The notes under the pieces are model-generated. The model made no database searches and was not told the origin of the DNA. It saw only the letters and a list, made by a program, of their open reading frames with translations. From Planctomycetota bacterium (GTDB lineage: Bacteria > Planctomycetota > Planctomycetia > Pirellulales > Lacipirellulaceae), in contig JBCCXZ010000061.1 in NCBI GenBank assembly GCA_039190745.1, positions 1 to 19,398 of the forward strand: 19,398 nucleotides of DNA, given 5' to 3'. A program made the position numbers and the translations under genes. Positions 15,579 to 19,398 of this stretch are shown here, in pieces; positions within the stretch are counted from its first letter, which is position 1; every line of letters begins with the position of its first letter.

Positions 15579-15930
15579 CACGCCGTGCGTGGTGCTGCTC
15601 ACCGCCGACCTCATGCTCACCTCCCGCGTGCAGAACGCGGCGCGGGGAGTTGCAGTCAGACCGGCCGGCTCCCTCGATGCCGCCGCGGCGGCCGCGGCTG
15701 AAGGCCCCGCCGTCGCGGTGGTTGTCGACCTGCTCCTGCCCGGGATTGATCCCCACGCAGTCCGGCAGGCCCTAGCCAGCGTGGTTCCAGAAGCCCGCAC
15801 CATCGCGGTTGCGCCGCACGTCCACGCCCAGCGGCTGGCAACGGCCCGGGAAGCGGGCTTCTCCGAGGTGATGAGCCGCGGCCAGTTCGACCGGGAGGTC
15901 GAGAACGTGCTGGCAGAAGCCGCCGACTGA
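15562..15930 (+). CDS. Atypical single-domain response-regulator receiver (CheY-like) protein
   Basis: beta/alpha pattern VVLLTAD...VVVDLLLPGID...TIAVAPH...AREAGFSEVMSR; GTG start overlaps the P-II stop by 17 nt (start uncertain). Confidence 0.7.
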   Translation: MQDPSNTPCVVLLTADLMLTSRVQNAARGVAVRPAGSLDAAAAAAAEGPAVAVVVDLLLPGIDPHAVRQALASVVPEARTIAVAPHVHAQRLATAREAGFSEVMSRGQFDREVENVLAEAAD

Positions 15931-15947
15931 ACGGGCGACAACGAGCG

Positions 15948-15990
15948 AGCGAGAAACTTCCGGTTAAGGAAGTAACCGTCTCGCTTTATT
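15948..15990 (+). terminator. Probable intrinsic terminator between convergent genes
   Basis: agcgaga (15948-54)/tctcgct (15979-85) outer stem, cggtta/taaccg inner stem, followed by ttatt. Confidence 0.55.
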
Positions 15991-17194
15991 CAGCCTGAGC
16001 CGCCGCGGGCGCGGCCTCTCCGGCGAGCCGCACGGGGCTCTCGGGGGCCTCAACCGATAGCTCGTCCATCTCCGCGGAGTCGATCTGCTGCCGCATCAGC
16101 AGATAGACCGCCACGCCAACGCACCACAGGTAGGAAATTGAGAAAGCGTTCGCCGCTCCGTAGACGAGCGACTTCCACGACTCGATGGCACGCACCGTGA
16201 GCACCATGCTCCGTTCGGGCTCGACGCCCACGCCGGTCATGTCCGCCACCCGCTGAGCCCCGGCGCCCAGCGCGAGGGCCCACTCACTGAAGTAGCACGT
16301 CAACCCGGCAACCGTTTGGGCCACCAGACCGCCGGCGTGCCCCAAGGCGATCGCCAGCACCGCGTAGCCAACCAAATGCAGCGGACGCTGGAACGTGTAA
16401 GCAAACCACCGCGTCGTCGCGTCGAAGGCGTCGGTCCGCTCAACCGCCACGGTCGACCAAACCAGCGGCCACCCGACGCACAACCCGCCCAGAGCCAGAG
16501 CGAGCATGAACCCTGCCGCCACGGCCGCCGGCCAAAGGATCGCGACGCCAAAGGCAAACGGGTTCCACTGCACGAACAGGCCGATTGCAGCGACCAGCAA
16601 AGCCAAGGCCGTTGCGCCCGCAAGCGGGATCAGCACGCCGCCGGCGGTCGACCACCAGTGCTCGATGCCGAAGGTTAGCGCCCGGGTCATCCCGATCGGC
16701 TTCCCGTCGGTGAGCTTCAACGCGGCGATCCGGCAACAGGCCCCGCCGACGACCCCCCAGATACCGATGCCCAAGAGCCCACAAGCAGTCAGCCACCAGA
16801 AACCTTCTGCACGCCCCGAGACGATGCGGTGAAAGGGCTGAGCAAACCAGACCGACCCTACCACCAACGGCCCTCCGAACCGCTCGATACGCTCGGCCGT
16901 CTCCGGCGCGGCCAGCGGCACGCGGCCCTGAGGCGGTTCGGTGAACGGGGCCCCCCCGGCATCGGCGGCCGCGAGGGCAGCCACGGGAGGGTCTTCGAGC
17001 ATGGCCAGCCGATCCGGCGGCACGACGCCCACGGTCGTCTGCACCGACCTCCACAGCGACTCGGTGGCGATCACGCCGACCAACGATAGGATCAGCAACG
17101 AAGGAGAAAAGGCGATCCGCAAGGCGCGGAACAAGATCAGCCACGGAAAGATTTCCGCCCAGCGGATCTGGTACACCACCCCCGGTGAGTTCAT
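15986..17194 (-). CDS. Hypothetical polytopic membrane protein
   Basis: About 402 aa from ATG 17194; several long hydrophobic segments, DAFDATTRWFAYTFQRP, VYLLMRQQID; putative promoter upstream. Confidence 0.75.
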   Translation of the reverse strand: MNSPGVVYQIRWAEIFPWLILFRALRIAFSPSLLILSLVGVIATESLWRSVQTTVGVVPPDRLAMLEDPPVAALAAADAGGAPFTEPPQGRVPLAAPETAERIERFGGPLVVGSVWFAQPFHRIVSGRAEGFWWLTACGLLGIGIWGVVGGACCRIAALKLTDGKPIGMTRALTFGIEHWWSTAGGVLIPLAGATALALLVAAIGLFVQWNPFAFGVAILWPAAVAAGFMLALALGGLCVGWPLVWSTVAVERTDAFDATTRWFAYTFQRPLHLVGYAVLAIALGHAGGLVAQTVAGLTCYFSEWALALGAGAQRVADMTGVGVEPERSMVLTVRAIESWKSLVYGAANAFSISYLWCVGVAVYLLMRQQIDSAEMDELSVEAPESPVRLAGEAAPAAAQAE

Positions 17195-17250
17195 ACGCCC
17201 ACGCCCGTGCTGGATGAGTTCGCCGGCCCCCCGCCGGGCGATCAAGCACG

Positions 17251-17279
17251 AGTATAAGTCCCCGGGTGGCCAACTCCAA
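17251..17279 (-). promoter_or_regulatory. Putative sigma70 promoter for the membrane-protein gene
   Basis: Minus strand TTGGAG (17279-17274) - 17 nt - TATACT (17256-17251). Confidence 0.55.
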
Positions 17280-17361
17280 GAAGAGCTTTCACCCCCTGCC
17301 GCGTTGCCGCTCGCAGCCGCTACGACCGTTACTAACCAACACGCTGCAGGGCATGGGTACT

Positions 17362-17556
17362 TTAGCGGTCGTTCTCTTGGGCAGGCGGCTCGAACGATTC
17401 AGGGGTCTCGTCGGCTTCCGGGTCGGCCACCACGGGCAGGGTGTACGCCTCGCCCAACCAACGGCCCAAGTCGACCTCCCGGCACCGCTCGCTGCAGAAC
17501 GGCGCGGCGGCATTCCCACCGGGCTCAAACTGGTTCTGGCAGACCGGGCAACGCAT
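17362..17556 (-). CDS. yacG: DNA gyrase inhibitor YacG
   Basis: MRCPVC...PFCSERCREVDLGRWLGEAY; GGAG RBS upstream of ATG 17556. Confidence 0.92.
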   Translation of the reverse strand: MRCPVCQNQFEPGGNAAAPFCSERCREVDLGRWLGEAYTLPVVADPEADETPESFEPPAQENDR

Positions 17557-17595
17557 CCAGGCTCTCCACACGCCGGTTCAGACGACCGCAACCAG

Positions 17596-17901
17596 CTACT
17601 CAGCCGGCTTCGTGCCGCCCTTCGATTCCGAGCCCGACGACTTCGACTCGGACTTCTTGTCGGAAGACTTCTTCTCGGTCTTCTTCTTGTCGGCCTCGGC
17701 GCCCTTCTTGTAGGAGTCACTGCGGTAGTCGGTCTCGTAGAAACCCGAGCCCTTGAACACCACGGCCGCCCCCGTGCCGAACAACCGCCGCAACTTCAGC
17801 TTGCCGCACTCGGGGCACTTCCGCTTCACCGGGTCGGACATCGACTGGAACAGTTCGAACTTGTGACCGCAGGCGTCGCACTCGTAGTCGTACGTTGGCA
17901 T
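17596..17901 (-). CDS. FmdB-family zinc-ribbon protein with Lys/Ser-rich tail
   Basis: MPTYDYECDACGHKFE...CPECG...FKGSGFYETDYR. Confidence 0.92.
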   Translation of the reverse strand: MPTYDYECDACGHKFELFQSMSDPVKRKCPECGKLKLRRLFGTGAAVVFKGSGFYETDYRSDSYKKGAEADKKKTEKKSSDKKSESKSSGSESKGGTKPAE

Positions 17902-17912
17902 GTTGGGTTCCT

Positions 17913-17936
17913 TGTTGCTCCTACTGTTGCTCCTAC
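17913..17936. repeat. 12-bp perfect tandem repeat spanning the grpE stop
   Basis: tgttgctcctac at 17913-17924 and 17925-17936. Confidence 0.9.
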
Positions 17937-18529
17937 TCTGCCGCGGACGCCGGGCCGGACGACACGATCACCTGCGAGGGCCGCACCACCCGCTCGTGCA
18001 GCAGGTAGCCGGTCTGCGTCTGCAGGATGACCGTCCCGGCCGGAGATTCCTCCGACGGCTGCTGCAGGATCGCTTCGTGTACCTGCGGGTCGAACGATTC
18101 ACCGACCGCCTCGATCGGCTGGCACTGGTGCGTCTGGAGCACCGTCAGCAGCTGCTGCCGCACGAGCCGGAACCCCTCCAGCAAACCGCCCTCGTCGCCG
18201 GTCGCTTTGGAGTCCTTCTCGGCCGCCTCGATCGCCCGGTCGATGTTGTCCACGACCGGCAGCAGGTCGCGCACGATCGGCATCGCCGCGTAGGTCCGCT
18301 CCTCCCGCAGTTCGCGGGCGGTCCGGCTGCGGAGGTTCTCCATCTCGGCACGCAACCGCAAAGCCCGCTCGCGTTCCTCGGCGAGCTGCGACTCGAGGTC
18401 GCCGAGCTCGTCGTCCGGCAAGATAATCCGCGGCGGCTCCTGGCCCCCTACAGTCTGATCGCCCCCGACGGTCTCATCCAGTCCGCCTTCCTCAGGGTCG
18501 TTGTCATTGGTGGCCGGTTCTGTCGCCAT
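17933..18529 (-). CDS. grpE: Nucleotide exchange factor GrpE
   Basis: LRLRAEMENLRSR, LLPVVDNIDRA, GESFDPQVHEAI, GYLLHERVVRPSQVIVS; AGGAG RBS. Confidence 0.97.
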   Translation of the reverse strand: MATEPATNDNDPEEGGLDETVGGDQTVGGQEPPRIILPDDELGDLESQLAEERERALRLRAEMENLRSRTARELREERTYAAMPIVRDLLPVVDNIDRAIEAAEKDSKATGDEGGLLEGFRLVRQQLLTVLQTHQCQPIEAVGESFDPQVHEAILQQPSEESPAGTVILQTQTGYLLHERVVRPSQVIVSSGPASAAE

Positions 18530-18580
18530 GCCTGTTACTCCTGTTTCATCCCCGGCGAGGCCTGCCCCGCCGCCCGCAGA

Positions 18581-19396
18581 CTAACCTTCGCTAGACGCTT
18601 CTTCACCCGTGAACAGCTCTTTGACCGTCTCGAAAAAACCCTTCCGCTCGGGGGCCACGTTCTTGTGCTCGAGCTCCGCCAGCTGCCTCAACAAGACCTC
18701 TTCTTCCTCGCCGATCGACTTGGGCACCTCGATCTGCACCTGCACCAGCAGGTCGCCCACGCCCGAGACGCGCGGGTCGCGCAGGCCGTGCCCCCGCATC
18801 CGGAAGACCTCGCCGGAGGGCGTCCCCCGCGGCACCTTCAGCTCGATGGCGGCGTCCAGCGTTGGCACCTCCAGCTCGCAACCGAGCACGGCTTGAGAAT
18901 ACGTGATCGGCACCCGGCAGATCAGGTGCTGCCCGTCGCGCTCCAGCAGCGGGTGTTCTTCGACCGTCACAAAGCAGTAGCAGTCGCCCGGCTGGCCGCC
19001 CGGCGGCCCCGGTTCGCCCTCGCCGCTGATGCGGACCTGCATGCCGTCGTCCACCCCCGCAGGGATGTCGACCTCGATCGTCACACGTTGGGGCTTCGAT
19101 CCCGACCCGCGGCAATCGACGCACGGCTTGCCGACTAGCGACCCCGTTCCTCCGCACTGCGGGCACGTGGTCTGCACCCGGATGATGCCGGCTTGCTGCA
19201 GCACCTGGCCACGCCCGCCGCAGTAGGAACACGTCTCGCGGCTGGTGCCCGGCGCTGCGCCGTCACCGCCGCACGTCTCGCACGGCTCGTTCCGGCGGAA
19301 CTCCACCGTCTTGCGAACGCCCTCCGCCGCTTCCTTCAGCGTGAGCGTCACATCGCAACGCACGTCCCGGCCCTTGCGGACGCGCCGGCCCCGCCG
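18581..19396 (-). CDS. dnaJ: Chaperone DnaJ (5'-truncated by window edge)
   Basis: Four CxxCxGxG repeats (CETCGGDG, CSYCGGRG, CPQCGGTG, CVDCRGSG), IPAGVDDG, GDLLVQV; frame stays open to the window end. Confidence 0.97.
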   Translation of the reverse strand, partial: RRGRRVRKGRDVRCDVTLTLKEAAEGVRKTVEFRRNEPCETCGGDGAAPGTSRETCSYCGGRGQVLQQAGIIRVQTTCPQCGGTGSLVGKPCVDCRGSGSKPQRVTIEVDIPAGVDDGMQVRISGEGEPGPPGGQPGDCYCFVTVEEHPLLERDGQHLICRVPITYSQAVLGCELEVPTLDAAIELKVPRGTPSGEVFRMRGHGLRDPRVSGVGDLLVQVQIEVPKSIGEEEEVLLRQLAELEHKNVAPERKGFFETVKELFTGEEASSEG

Positions 19397-19398
19397 GC

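Noticed and set aside
17900..19138. 412-aa plus-strand ORF beginning with a poly-Leu 'signal peptide'
   Set aside because: Antisense to grpE/dnaJ; the Leu run is just the translation of the 12-bp tandem repeat.

Overview
High-GC (roughly 65-70% by eye) bacterial chromosomal segment, very likely a Planctomycete (Pirellulales-like), inferred from the RpoZ sequence type, split coaC/coaB and dnaJ-grpE-FmdB-yacG order. It is mostly housekeeping: gmk(partial)-rpoZ-coaC-coaB; a small DUF2934 gene; argC-argJ translationally coupled to a TrkA/RCK-gated K+ channel; an isolated cbiET/cobL; glgX; purM; a lower-GC DUF3806-like lipoprotein gene that looks inserted; a DsbD/ScsB-type disulfide reductase; an APH-like kinase divergent from an atypical P-II plus atypical receiver-domain pair; a polytopic membrane protein; and yacG-FmdB-grpE-dnaJ(partial). 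No rRNA, tRNA, CRISPR array, transposase or integrase was seen. The best candidate for an undescribed system is the kinase / P-II / receiver locus (14163-15930): all three proteins carry non-canonical active-site motifs, and the two divergent start codons sit behind mirror-image, probably leaderless, -10 elements. All calls come from motif recognition by eye; no database search was run.
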